Part shown: positions 1 through 12,913 of the stretch, one piece after another
Layout of the letters: each line of letters opens with the position of its first letter
Position numbering within the stretch: the stretch's first letter is position 1
DNA from: Octopus bimaculoides
Lineage: Eukaryota
Reading direction: 5' to 3'
Assembly: GCF_001194135.2 (NCBI RefSeq)
Contig: NC_068981.1
Location: forward strand, 54,897,113 to 54,961,112
DNA length: 64,000 bases
The notes under the pieces: generated by a model
Told to the model about the DNA's origin: nothing
Database searches by the model: none
The model's input: the letters and a program-made list of their open reading frames with translations, nothing else
Position numbers and translations under genes: made by a program

Positions 1-776
1 CCCACCAAACACAAAGCATAGCTTTTTTGGCATGGATATTCATCTTTGGTTGCTATTTTGGGGGATCCTTACGCAAATCACAGGATCTTTTCCGCACTAC
101 GTTTTCGTACACAATCCATTTTTCATCTCCAGTCACACTTTGTTTAAAAAAAAAAAAAAAAAAAAAGGCTGCTTTCATTCAGTTTCAAAAGCATATGACA
201 GATGGAATACCGGTCCAAGCAATTCTTTTCTGAGAGTCTGTGAGGGACTCATACATTATAGCGAGAAATGAATCTTAGCTTCACTAGGTGTTCACGAGCG
301 TACTTTTAGAAACTTACAACTCCTCTGCAAGTTCTCTAGTCGTGATATTTGAGTTTTCTTCGATTTTTGCCTTCAAAACATTATCCAATTTTGAAAGTCT
401 TCCACTGCAACTGTCATCTTCCAAGTTAAACTCTCCAGCTTTAAATTTTGCAAGCCACCTTCGAACAGCTGATTCACCTACAGCATCATCACCATAAATT
501 TTACAACTGTTTTTGTAAGTCTTTGCAACATTTTCTCCATTTAAAAAAAAAAAAAAAAAGACCATTACAACGTGAATGAGATTTTTGGTTATCCATTTCA
601 AATGTGACTAAAGGATAAATAGAATGAAAGAAATCTATTTTTAGTCAGGAACAAAGAAGAGAAGCACTACCACTTCAAGCAACACTAAAATTTTAACTGT
701 TACGTTTCAGGTGTGTTCAATGAAGCGTTAAAAGATTTAGCTTAAAAACGCTCAGAACTTTCCGGATAACCTAACA
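1..776 (-). mobile_element. Decayed mariner transposon, 5' part (runs off the window start)
   Basis: Minus ORF 314-601 is a mariner HTH region (KIYGDDAVGESAVRRWLAKFKAGEFNLED). Downstream frames give VTGDEKWI and KKAMLCVWW. TIR-like TGTTAGGTTATCCGGAAAGTTC at 755-776. Confidence 0.9.
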
Positions 777-1064
777 CTTTATTTGAAGAATACTTACTGC
801 CCAATTGCACACACAGACAGGTAGTAAAATAATACCAATGCAGCTTGTGCATTGTGATAGTTTGGTGAACAATTTCTGTTAATCATTCTTAATTTCAGGT
901 TCTTCTGTTTTAATCAACCAACCTGTTAGTTAATTAAAAGAAATAAACGAAAAGATAAGGATAATTCAGGTTGGCATCAGTAGACGAGATTCTACTACAA
1001 GAGTTAACTTAGTGGATTGTTAATCACACGAAGAAATGGCAGGGAACGACAGGGAATTTTTTTT

Positions 1065-1266
1065 ACTTCAAGGCTTGAGATTTTGGGTGAGTAGGATAGC
1101 CGATGACATCTACCACAATACCCAGCTGGTACTTTGTTTTATTGATTTCGAAAAGTTGAAAGGCAAAGTTGACCGTGACGGAATTTGAACTCAGAATGTA
1201 AAAACGGAAGAAATGTCGTTAAGCACTTTACCCAGCGCACTAACGATTCTGCCAGCTCGCCACCTT
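1065..1266 (-). mobile_element. tRNA-derived SINE, family B
   Basis: Head GGYGGCGAGCTGGCAGAATCGTTAG, B-box-like GAGTTCAAATTCC and core ACTTTGCCTTTCA shared with more than 20 copies in the window. Confidence 0.85.
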
Positions 1267-1419
1267 AAGTATAGACAATAAGGAAGCAACGAAAATACAA
1301 TGCTGATATTTTGCATATATCATTTATTTGATTCACATATTTCGTACTTTTCTTTCGTTCGCGTTAAAATGCGAACCATTAAGCTCAATCAAATTTCAAC
1401 TGCACAAATTCTCAATCAC

Positions 1420-2013
1420 AGGCGCAGGAGTGGCTGTGTCGTAAGTAGCTTGCTTACCAACCACATGGTTCTGGGTTCAGTCCCACTGCGTAGCACCTTG
1501 GGCAAGTGTCTTCTACTATAGCCACGGGCCGACCAAAGCCTTGTGAGTGGATTTGGTAGACGGAAACTGAAAGAAGCCCGTCGTATATATNNNNNNNNNN
1601 NNNNNNNNNNNNNNNNNNNNNNNNNNNNNNNNNNNNNNNNNNNNNNNNNNNNNNNNNNNNNNNNNNNNNNNNNNNNNNNNNNNNNNNNNNNNNNNNNNNN
1701 NNNNNNNNNNNNNNNNNNNNNNNNNNNNNNNNNNNNNNNNNNNNNNNNNNNNNNNNNNNNNNNNNNNNNNNNNNNNNNNNNNNNNNNNNNNNNNNNNNNN
1801 NNNNNNNNNNNNNNNNNNNNNNNNNNNNNNNNNNNNNNNNNNNNNNNNNNNNNNNNNNNNNNNNNNNNNNNNNNNNNNNNNNNNNNNNNNNNNNATCAAC
1901 CGACAGAATAAGTACTAGGCTTACAAAGAATAAGTCCTGGGGTCGATTTGCTCGACTAAAAGGCGGTGCTCCAGCATGTCCGCAGTCAAATGACTGAAAC
2001 AAGTAAAAGAGTA
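1420..2013 (+). mobile_element. tRNA-derived SINE, family A, with internal microsatellite and gap
   Basis: Head GGCGCAGGAGTGGCTGTG...GGTTCAGTCCC, then (TA)n, N gap 1591-1894, and tail ending GACTGAAACAAGTAAAAGAG. Matches the ungapped copy at 8677-9078. Confidence 0.9.
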
Positions 2014-2126
2014 ATCAGTTATTACATCTTTTCCTTCAGCAAACGATTCAAATTATCAAAAAAAAAAAAAAAAAACTAACAAAGCTTTTTGTGAAGCGTT
2101 CTAATCAAGTAATAACTAATAATCAT

Positions 2127-2320
2127 TAGGTGTTGCTGTTAAGCTCCGGATTAGGCTTTGACCAAAGTCGTTCTAACTGTAACCATCCCGTCTTTTTCCA
2201 CGTACTGTGTATAAAACGTGACTTTTTCATTCCTTTGAGGCCACGGCATATAACTTGAAGTAAGTTTGGCTGCTATGTCTAGCAGGTCGAAAGACTACAA
2301 TGATATTTCCTCGTTGGCTC
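2127..2320. repeat. Dispersed repeat fragment (SINE/LINE-tail-like)
   Basis: GTTGCTGTT(T)AGC(T/C)CC... start shared with about 14205-14290; family unassigned. Confidence 0.35.
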
Positions 2321-3118
2321 GAGTAGTAGTAGATACTTTTTGTGAGTAGGTTTTTCTCACGTGACAGACCTTCACTCATCTACATTTCTTCTAGTGTTTT
2401 GGCCTGTAAAAACTTGTTTATGTTGTTGAAGTTGACGATTGTAAAATTTGGGGTTTTCAGCTAATGTCAGAGCCGAAGTTGATCAACGAAAGCCTACCCT
2501 TCTGGCGCTACTTAAAATAAATACCTTTAAATAAGTTGCAGATGTCAAATTTTTTTTCTTACACCTTCAAGGAGGAAAAAGTTGTCTACTCATACTAATA
2601 CTTTTATTCTTTTTTTTACTTATTTGCTTTTGTTATTTATTTTCTGTAGCTGGTGTGATTTAAGTTCGTGTGAAGCCTTGTAACAAAGCTCAGCTTCGTG
2701 TCTTGCCATCTCTTCGTAACTGATTAACAACCCACCGCGTTAACTCTTGTAGTAGAAACTCGTCTACTGATGCCAAGCTGTTATCCTTTCCCTTATCTTT
2801 TTTGTTTTATTTATTCCGTCAATTTTTTCTTCTATTTTAAATATTTTTGTTGATGTTTGAACAGGTTTTTTTCTTTTTGCTCTGGATGAAACATGAAATG
2901 GGTGAGGTAGGTGAAAAATTATCACAGTTGCGTGTTTTCTATGTTGTTACTTAATTTGGCAATTATTGCCACTAGTCTAGCAAGATAAATGATCAACTAA
3001 CCAGGGCTGTCTGTCATTTTATATCACAAATCATATTCATTGACTTCACTTAAACTTTGACTAGACATTAGCATGAAAACCTAAATACCAATTTCTTTTT
3101 ACTACATCCATTTTTTTC

Positions 3119-3121
<3 letters not shown>

Positions 3122-3183
<62 letters not shown>
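3122..3183. repeat. (TA)n microsatellite
   Basis: About 30 TA units. Confidence 0.95.
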
Positions 3184-3185
<2 letters not shown>

Positions 3186-5435
3186 TTTCTACAGAATAGT
3201 TTTTTTTTATTCTTCTGCTGGTTTCAATCATTAGATTGCGACTAATATTTTTACCGATCATACTGACCAAATATATTTTACTCCAGTGTGTAGCGTAGAC
3301 TCTAGTGAAATTCCTCTATCCCATTGGTTATATATATATGCATTCGAACGTAGCAGGGAACAGCTAGCCTTTGGCCGCTATTTGGATTCCCTCTATGTAT
3401 ACATTTTATAGGCAAATAAAGAAATACTTTGGTTCCAGACCTTTTAAGGCCTAGCCACTGACCAGAAAGACAGCCAGTTCCAACGACAACGCCAGACAAG
3501 CACTACAGCTACGTTGAGACTTGCCAACTTCGTCCAACAGCATTATGGACGTCTTCGTCGCCACCATTATGTCCTTAACGTCGTCAGCATCATCTTTCTT
3601 TGTATACAACTCAGCAAGCAATTCACCCAGGTTCCAACAGTTCAATGTTCGTGAATTATTTCACCACGGATCAACAGCGAATATACAACCTGCATGAACT
3701 CCTGTACAAGTGACCCATGCAGCAGCAGCATCACAGCCACGACTTCACGTACGACATGTACTTGTAACCGGTTCAGCATCATAGCGGCGACTTCTTGATA
3801 CAGTATTTCAACTATCGTGTACGACTGACTACGAACTGGTATTATTAACTTTTTTGTGTCTATGAACTTACTTCTCACTTCGATGGCTTATGGATACTTT
3901 CGCTGTCCTCTTCATTGCCATCCTTAAATGTTCTTAACATGCGCATAAATCTACACACATACACATTTTGTTCTCAGGACGGCCTGTCAATTATTCTGTA
4001 TACATGACCCACACACAGACACACATTTTAACATACCAATAAATGTTCTCTCAATCATTCTTTGCGGATGTGTCTCTTTCCCTCTGACATTTATTTGTTC
4101 TATTTCTCTTTATTGTAATGGCTGTGTGATGTAATACAAAAGAGCCATTCTCGACACCTCACAACGCACGGCCCTACAAGTGTTTTACTTACTTTATCGA
4201 TCTCTCAGTTATGTATTTATTACTTAAAAGGACACCACTCGATATCTAAAGATGATTGGTTACATGCCAACGCGAATAAATTATATACGATTTTCCTTTT
4301 TATATACCAACAGAAAATAAACTTCTTATCCCGCTACAAACTTTTCTTTTTAGCCTCAATGAAGTTTGCTTATTTAGGATGAATCAGATTAATGATCAAT
4401 ATTTTTGAAATGTCTTATCTATTATATTGCACGGTTTTACAGTCTCCAGATTCAAGTGACTATATTATTTTTAACAACCATAGTAGTCCTGATAAAATCA
4501 AGAGTAGTGGTCAGTGATGTAAACCGTTTTTCTATTTAAACATTGCTACCTTTCTTGTAGTCATACTGGGTGCAGGTATGTATTATATATACATACATAT
4601 GCATGTGCGCACGCGAGTCTACTACACTTGGTAGCGTAGTCAGTCTTTTGGAACTGATAATCATTATCCGTTGAATGCTCTCTATCATTTAGCTGCATTT
4701 CCCAGTGTGACAAAAAGTAAAGCTGTACGTTTTCCTTTTTTTTTTAAGCATTTGAAGAGGTATGTATATATACATACATGGGAAGCAGTTCCTCTTTCAA
4801 GCGTATAATGCTGAATACATGATTACAAATAATTTTTTATTGTTTTTCAATATCCGTTTAGCTTATTTCACCACAAATTCTACAATACATTTTTGAAATA
4901 TCTCCGTTTTGAATCTTCTTCAGGACTCTAGTTAAAGCCATGCGGATGACCTAGACATCTGCAAAGATTTCGTTAGAATCTTCCAGTTAAGTTACTCGCT
5001 TCTTGAACTTAAAATCCTGCCACAAATTTTGATATAGTCCTTATTTGTCATTTTTTTTGGGGGGGGGGATTTTTACACTTCCTCACATTCTTCCTACTTC
5101 GTTTCCTCCACCAACCAAATCCTGTACAGAACACTTTGCCCTAACATTTCTCATTTAAGATTTTCCTCTTTGTTCGGATTCTCACTCCGCTTTACAATTA
5201 TCATATTTAAAGTTAACCCTATTTCTAATTATTACTAAATTTACATTTTCTGATGTCAATTATTTTAAACACTACTACCCTTAATTAGCGTTTATCACCA
5301 AACTCTGTAAGCTATAAAAGATTCAAGTTTGAACATAAATAATTAAATCAGTTCTAGTACTTTTATCCAGGCCAGGTTTCGTTCCCTTTATAGTGAAATG
5401 GTAAAGATACCATGATATCAATAATGTTATGTTAA

Positions 5436-5630
5436 TATTGGTTTCAAATTTGGGCACAAAGCTAGCAGTTTCGAGGAAGGTGATTTATCGATTAAATTCG
5501 ACTCTAGTGTTCAATTGGTAACTTATTTTATGGGTCCGGAAAGTAGAATTTGAACTCAGAAGGTAAAGATGGACGAAATTCTGTTAAGCATTTTTCCCGG
5601 TGCACCAACGATCCTGTCAGCTGGCCCCTT
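5436..5630 (-). mobile_element. SINE family B, diverged
   Basis: GAATTTGAACTCAGAA and GTCAGCTGGCCCCTT motifs match the family. Confidence 0.75.
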
Positions 5631-7322
5631 ATGTTAAATTAATACTATTAAATAGGTTTGCTCACCGAGTGCTCTACAGTGTTCTATGTTATTCTTATAT
5701 AACTTTTGGTGTACTTCATAGATCTGTTATTTACGTGACTTTTTCCCAACCTTTATAAATTTCTTTTTGCAATATAAAATTTAATATATCAATGTATTTT
5801 AAATTATTACACAACATAGTGTTTGCTGCTTTTCCACCTTAAAATTAGACACTTTAAATCTTTTTTTCTCCAATGTTTTTAACTGTGCTAGCTAAGATAA
5901 TTGTTCAGGTAGTGTTAACATGGCAGGGTATACCCACTTATAAATGTTTATATAAGATATATAAGGTGTTCCATCTTTATTCGACTTTTGAAATGCAAAA
6001 TAACCATATGAATAAAATTATAGTGAATTAACTGCTAAAATTTTTACGGTAAAATTACATTAGACGTTATAAGCACTAATATGAAATAATATATATTATG
6101 TAAACATAACTACATTTCAATATAATGCATTAACATCCCGCGTCATTTCCGCATATTTAACTTCCACTATACCCCCCCCCCCCGTGAAAATTCCCTTATT
6201 AGAGCACTGACTCTTTACAACTAAAGTTACGCACTCCTAAGTGGTATAGTCTCTTTGAATAGTAGTTGGGACTAAATTCAGAAGATCCACAATTATATAA
6301 TTAACAAGCATTCAAATTTACTATATTAAACTCTGCTAATTATATATATCCCCACTATTAAGACGTGTTTTCGTTTACATATTCTGAGACTACTTCTGTT
6401 TAAACCAACCATACTGTTTCCTTCCTTAAATTCTACACAAAATATTATGCTCCACAAATTGGAATTTCTTTTCCATCCATAAAATTGTACAAAAAGTTGT
6501 CAAGCTGTGTTAAATCGCATGAATATTGCCTACCACCTGCTATGCTCAATATCCGTTTACCTTTGACATACCTCCTATGACACAATAAAAAAAAGGCTAT
6601 AAACATATTTACAATAATATATTTAAAAATGTATTGGTGGATGGAAGCTATGTTAGTCCATCAAATAAAAGCTCCGAGGAAGTAAAATTTCCGCTCAGTA
6701 GTGTCATGTTATAAATAATTTATAAATTGCATCTAAATCATATAAAACCACTCGTTAATTAGTTTACATGTTAAATAGAAGTAACTAATTCAGATTGGAA
6801 GACATTCGAGAGAGTACATTTAATACATCTTTTTAGAAATTCGTCGATTAATGACAGTGTTTCTTGGAGAAAACGAGAGAAATGAATATTACTAAATTCT
6901 TCCGAGCAGTTTACTATATTTATAACAAAACTAGGAATACATGGAGACACATTTTGTCTTGAATAACCCAACAGCTGGATATTCTTTAAAGCTGGCATAG
7001 AGTAAAAGTTATGCTATTTGGTCAGCACGCAGTCCTTTGACTCCTTAGGTCAGGTGATATAAGGTTTCTATTTCAAATCCCGATAGGCATTTCGTGTTGA
7101 TTCAGATATAACATTTGGTATAAATATGAGAAGTTGGGTTGAAAATATGGTGAAATGCCTCACCACCCCTCGTCTTTGTATATAGTTTGTTCGTCTCATC
7201 TACACGTTTCTTTCTTTTTTCTTCCTGTAAGGCCCCCGCCTAACATTCTTCGTATTTTTTGCATTTCTCTTGATCCCTTGTGGTTAATAAAGAAAACAAT
7301 AATAATAATAATTATCATCATT

Positions 7323-7750
7323 AAGGTGGTGAGCTGGCATTTCTTCTGGGTTTACGCTCAGAGTTCAAATTCTGCCGATGTCGTTCTTTCCCTTTTTCTT
7401 TAGGGGCCGATAAAACAAGTACATGAAAGCGTTACTGACTGGCTTAGTAACGGAATATTTTTGTATGGGGGGTGGGGGGCTCTATGTAATCGACTAACCC
7501 TTTCCCACAAAATTTCGGGCCATTCTTGCCATAAGTAGAAAGATTTGTTACGGTTGTGTGGTGATAACATCGTTTGGGCATCGATAAAAAAAAATTGAGG
7601 TGCTTGCTCCGGCTTTTCACATTTTGAGTTTAAATCCTGCCGAAGTCCACTGTTTTCATCCTGTTCGAGCACTGGGGATCGATGTAACCGACTTACCTCG
7701 CCCCCCCCCCAAAAAAAATTACGGGTCTTATGCTAGAATTTGAAACCATT
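7323..7750 (+). mobile_element. Two degraded SINE family B copies
   Basis: GAGTTCAAATTCTGCCGA at about 7360 and GAGTTTAAATCCTGCCGA at about 7626, with GGGGATCGATGTAACCGACT tail. Confidence 0.7.
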
Positions 7751-7779
7751 ATGTCAACTAACCGAAGGAGACAAAATGC

Positions 7780-8580
7780 ATCTGTATATAGAACAAGCTG
7801 CTAATTTCATTGAGACGTCAGAAAGGCAACAATCATGACAAACGCTGCTTCTAGAACAGATGGAAGGACGGTGGTATACAGGTGTTTATCTTTCGTTTGA
7901 AAAATATCTGGGAAGACAGATTTTATCACTCGTGCCAATCACTACGGCTATGTACGAGTTTATTTATTTATTTATTTTACTGATAAACACTGACCCAGAA
8001 ACACTCCACCGTCTCAAATAGGATTGGGGAAATTGTATAGATACCATTTTACTTGGGACATAGCAGGATCAGAGTAAAAATTGCAAAGATATCACCTTAG
8101 CTAGATATATGGTGCGTCGTAAAAGGTGTTGTGTTGGAAGAGCCTAGAAATTTTTTTAAATGCTCGAAAATAAAATTGGGTTCGGATAGGGCTGGAGATG
8201 CTGATTTAGGTGAAACTGGAGAAACAGAGCCCGATCTACAACTTAATAGAGATTCCATGAAAGCATCAACAACAGGTGCTAGTGGCAGTTTGAAGGCCTA
8301 GATACAACAATGGCAACGCCGATTACTTCAAGGCCGTCTACCCATCCCCCAAACAACAACAGAATGTGACTTCTGAAAGAAAGCCTACATTACTGCTAAC
8401 ACCACAGCGTGTACCTGCAGCATAAAAAATGGCAGCAACGCAATAACACCAGCAACAATAGATGCAACAGCTGCAAAAGAAGTATCGCTTTCAAAGGCTA
8501 TCACGTCACCGACGACAGCAGCAACAAAAAGCATCCCCACCACTAACAACTACCAAGTCTCCCTTGCGAAGTAAACTTCT
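7780..8580 (+). mobile_element. Decayed LINE ORF1 remnant (L1/Tx1-like), Thr/Ala-rich tail
   Basis: Broken frames IPFYLGHSRIRVKIAKISP*LDIW and RPRYNNGNADYFKAVYP align by eye with 62240-62905 (IPSYMGKRVEKLRVMDI; RPRCRICDTACYLRVSYP). Confidence 0.55.
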
Positions 8581-8676
8581 CCCCGCTTCAGATTATTGAG
8601 ATATGTTATGTAGTGAAGTAGGTAAAGGCGATTCTAAATGGGAAACAGGGCCCAGCAGAAAGAAAAGAAAAACATT

Positions 8677-9078
8677 ATTACTCTTTTACTTGTTTCAGTC
8701 ATTTGACTGCGGACATGCTGGAGCACCGCCTTTAGTCGAGCCAATAGACCCCAGGACTTATTCTTTGTAAGCTTAGTACTTATTCTATCGGTTTCTTTTG
8801 CCGAACCGCTAAGTTACGGGGACGTAAACACACCAGCATCGGTTGTCAAGCGATGTTGGGGGGACAAACACAGACACACAAACATATACACACATATACA
8901 TATATATATATATACGACTGGCTTCTTTCAGTTTCCGTCTACCAAATCCACTCACAAGGCTTTGTTCGGCCCGAGGCTATAGTAGAAGACACTTGCCCAA
9001 GGTTCCACGCAGTGGGACTGAACTCAGAACCATGTGGTTCGTAAGCAAGCTACTTACCACACAGCCACTCCTACGCCT
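8677..9078 (-). mobile_element. Full-length SINE family A
   Basis: Complete head, internal (TA)/(TG) tract and tail. Confidence 0.9.
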
Positions 9079-9333
9079 ATTACGTCAACTAAAATGCTTG
9101 GAGGTTAAAAAAAAAGCGGGAGAAATGCATTTAGCAATACAGTAACGCTTGATGACCCAATACTATCAATAGCATCACCAAACTCAAGCGCAACTAATTC
9201 ATATGTGCACCATAACACCCAAAATACGAACAAAAGAAATGACCGTACAAGCAAAAACAAAGAAATGAATCATACATCAACACACAAATGTTACACACTA
9301 TGACTATATCACACCTACAAATAGCATACTCAC

Positions 9334-9410
9334 AGAAAAATCACCAGAAAGACAAAACAACCTTTTAAAAACCATCTCCCGATAGAATTCCTTCTTTATT
9401 TGGATCTTCC
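9334..9410 (-). CDS. Weak candidate exon (KIQIKKEFYREMVFKRLFCLSGDFS)
   Basis: Acceptor TTTACAG and donor GTGAGT; phase-1 start is compatible with the end of 21471-21751; no homology recognised. Confidence 0.25.
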
Positions 9411-9499
9411 CTGTAAATTTTGTATAAGAGTCTTTAACGTTTCTTTGCATTTTTCTGTATCTTTCCGAGACCCGCGTGGTTGATAAAATATTGGCTTCA

Positions 9500-9668
9500 A
9501 ACATTGGTGGAAACGCCAGCAATTTTGGGAGTTGATTTCCTCACATCAACCTCAGTGCTCAACTGGTACTTATTTTATCGGATCCGCCCCGCCCCATAAC
9601 GCAAAGATGGACGAAATGCCGCTAAGCATTTTTCTCTGGCGTACTGATTCTGCCAGCTCGCTGCCTTT
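9500..9668 (-). mobile_element. SINE family B, internally deleted
   Basis: TTCTGCCAGCTCGCTGCCT head and CAACTGGTACTTATTTTATCG core. Confidence 0.8.
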
Positions 9669-10319
9669 CAAATTATTAATTAACTAGCGGGAACCATGAA
9701 TATTTCACGGAATATTTCACGGAATTAATGGTTAACCTATTGGGTTATTTCATCTGCTACTCCTTGAAAAGTGAAAGAAATTGGCATATGATGATTACTC
9801 AATGCATTTTATATACTTTATGCACAATTTTGTAGACTTAACACACAGCACTCAAAAATATTCACTTTTATTTTTCCATTTTCCCCATAAAAAATATCCC
9901 GTATATATGATACCACCTTTAGTTAAATTGCACATATATGCCCCGTAAATAAGCGTGAATATTTCACGGAATTGCACGCATGAGTTAAACGATATTAAAA
10001 AAATAACTTAGTTCAATTTTAAAAAATACACTTTTCACTATCCAATCACCACTTTCTCTCTCTGCCTTTATGTTTTCATGTTATCAGAGCATCAACTCCT
10101 CTGCTAAAATTATATTTTTAAATCCTCTATATCATCATTACCTTCAAATAATTTTTTAAACCACGTAATAAATATTACGTTTCTCCTACTTCACGTCATG
10201 GACGCTTCTTTCTATTCCTTTCAACTAATCAGATGAAAGCGTTACAGTTACGAGAGCGTTTCCGACTGGCTTAGTAACAGAATGGCAAGCAGAATCATTT
10301 ATCAACTACTAAAGAATAA

Positions 10320-10520
10320 AAATGGTTAGAACACCAGGTAAAATGCTTCGCGGCATTTCGTCCGCCTTTACGTTCTGAGTTCAAATTCCACCGAGGTTGA
10401 CTTTGCCTTCCATCCTTTCGGGGCCGATAAAATCAGTACCAGTGAAAAACTGTGACCGATGTAATCGACTTACCCCTTCCCTGAAATTACTGGCCTTATA
10501 ATCAAGATTTAAGGTCATTA
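10320..10520 (+). mobile_element. SINE family B
   Basis: TTCTGAGTTCAAATTCCACCGAGGTTGACTTTGCCTTCCATCCTTTCGGG. Confidence 0.85.
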
Positions 10521-11907
10521 TTAATTAATTTAAAAACTTCCCTTTTTATTACTCTCGTTAATTAATTTAAGTGTTGATATTCCGATAAATAATAATTTCA
10601 AGAACAAAAACGTCATACCAAAATCCAGGATTGAAACGAAGACCTAACCGCTCTCTTAGCTATTTGTGAATCGCCTCGTAATTTGTAGAAATATTTACTT
10701 TCATTAAAATGAAACTTATTTTGCTAATGTATACTAAACGAAACATTAAATGATGTATAAAAAGAGAAAAAAAGACATTCCAAATTAAGAAAAAATAATT
10801 GAAAATGTAAATTTGTTTTGTCTTTATGCAATTGTACACCAGTTTTTGTTTTTTTTGTTACATGATTTAGTTTTATCTAAAATCTAAATATTTACGTAAA
10901 CAACAGAACAGACGCATTGCAGCTGTGGCAAACATGTTTAACTCTTTTACTATAAGACATGTCAGCGTTTGGTAAGTAGAAACGATTCACTTGCCGCTCA
11001 ACCTGATGAAAATCTTATTCAAAAGTTCCCTTAAATAAAAGCTATATTATTGAATAATAGGGGTTTCATAATTTTTATTTATTTATTGCTATAAAGAAAT
11101 TGGTATCACAAGTGGAACAGCTCCTCAGAGTTTGGTTTGAACACCGATTTTTTTTTATTTGAAAACTATTCGTCCTAATTTCAGTTTCTTTTTTAATTTT
11201 GTCTTGTAACCTTTAAAACAAATAATTTTTTTCATCATACTTTCGTCGGACTGTCTTTGAATAATATCACGAAAAATAAGGTGAAATATAGCCTGTCAAA
11301 ATTCATTGAGCTGTCAGACTAACAAATATCGTTGATACTCCATGAAAAGAAGAAACAATGAAGAACAACAAATAGAATATAGACAGAATCCTAACAGCAA
11401 AAATAAATAATTAAATAAATAAAATTTTGAAAATCAGAACATTTATCGTTTGCCTACAGTCAGGTTCAAATATATCTACCACAAGTGCTCTTATTTTTCA
11501 GCAACTCGACTGTAATCATGATAACTGGAAATTTTTTATCTTAATGCGTGTTTTGAAGCGTGTAGTGTGTTGTTGACGATAATCAACAATCGTATTTAAG
11601 TTGGTGGTTTGGTTGTTTAAGCGAACGACTTAATAAAATTACATGGTCCTGAAGAACGAGACAAGGCTCGTATAACTACCAAAAAATTGGAGCATTTCAG
11701 CGGGGGGAAAAAACCCCCAAGAACTTATAAATTCTAATTACTTCTAATACATTTCATAACTGTAATGAAGACTAGTAAATATTATTATGATTAGGTAACA
11801 GAAGTGAGGTCCTTAGCCAGAGATCGTAAATTCGTTACAAATGCCTGAAATATTGTCAACTGCCTGTTACGCGATCAAATTGTCATGTACACCGAAAACT
11901 GTTTTAA

Positions 11908-12121
11908 CCCTTTAACAGTCAGATTTCTTTGTCAAATGTATTGCTTATTTATTCACATGGTTTTGAATTAATCACACATTACATTGTAGTTTCAATGATG
12001 CGTTTGAATATTTTTAGAATGAGATTTTAGGGTAGTTTTGAGAGAGGTTACATATGGTCAGTTTTAACATAAAACAGGTAGAATATTTGGGCCAGATATG
12101 GCCGGATTAAATGCTAAAGGA
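11908..12121. mobile_element. piggyBac-like MITE (about 214 bp)
   Basis: TTAA at 11904-11907 and 12122-12125 flanks imperfect TIRs CCCTTTAACAGT / AATGCTAAAGGA. A TTAA TSD with CCC-start termini is typical of piggyBac. Confidence 0.75.
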
Positions 12122-12810
12122 TTAAAAGCAACCGATTCTATTATTGCTGACGAAGCCGAACAATTACTGAGTGGTACATCAGCGTTCAGAGGAATAAACA
12201 AAATTTTTACAATGTCGTCGTACCTGAAGCTATACGTGGTTTTATAATTCAAACAAAGATCAATGAAAAGATTTCTGAAATATATTTATCATGGCAAAAT
12301 CTTGGACGCGTAAGGATTCAAAATGTAATACAAAACGTAATGTAAGGAAAAAAAAATTCTAAGAGAAAATTGATCATTTAGTGAATCTGTGAATCTCGAA
12401 ATTATAACTTCGAATTTACTAAACAACATCAAATCAATTATAGAATCACATTATTTTATCGGTTGTATAAAGATATGAATAAAATACGAAATTTAAGTTA
12501 AATTTGTATCTACTAAAATACATACGTCAAAACTTCGGAAGTAAATGTTACATTTGAGCATAAGTCACTAATAAAATGATGCCGTTTGAATTAGATGTCG
12601 GTGCCACTCGAACACTGACTAATATAGGTACAAATAACATAATAGTCTCTCCCAATAATATCCCTGCAGTTAGGGAAAATATATATCTGTTAACTATTAT
12701 AATTGGAGCAACATCTAAATCTAGAAGTTATTATAAACGATTTTGAAATAATTTCGGAAGGAACAAGTTGAAAAAAAAAATTAAATAAAAAATGTTTGAG
12801 GTTATCTTCT

Positions 12811-12913
12811 TCTTTTCGCCCTTTTCAAGCCTAGCCAGGCTCATGGGCCCGGTTTCCCGGTTTCTATGGCGTACGTGTTCCCCCCCAGCTGGACGGGACG
12901 CCAGTTCATCGCA
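12811..12913 (-). mobile_element. 3' part of a V-SINE-like element
   Basis: Minus strand TGCGATGAACTGGCGTCCCGTCCAG resembles the V-domain as remembered; GGGAAACCGG is shared with 59159-59345. Confidence 0.55.

Noticed and set aside
11648-11685. CTGAAGA followed by hairpin ACGAG/CTCGT
   Set aside because: Followed by ATAAC instead of GAAA; hammerhead core incomplete
12064-12252. Coding-looking frames on both strands (GRIFGPDMAGLNAKGL / VAFNPLAFNP)
   Set aside because: The part up to 12125 is the end of the TTAA-flanked MITE, and the remainder lacks a good donor site
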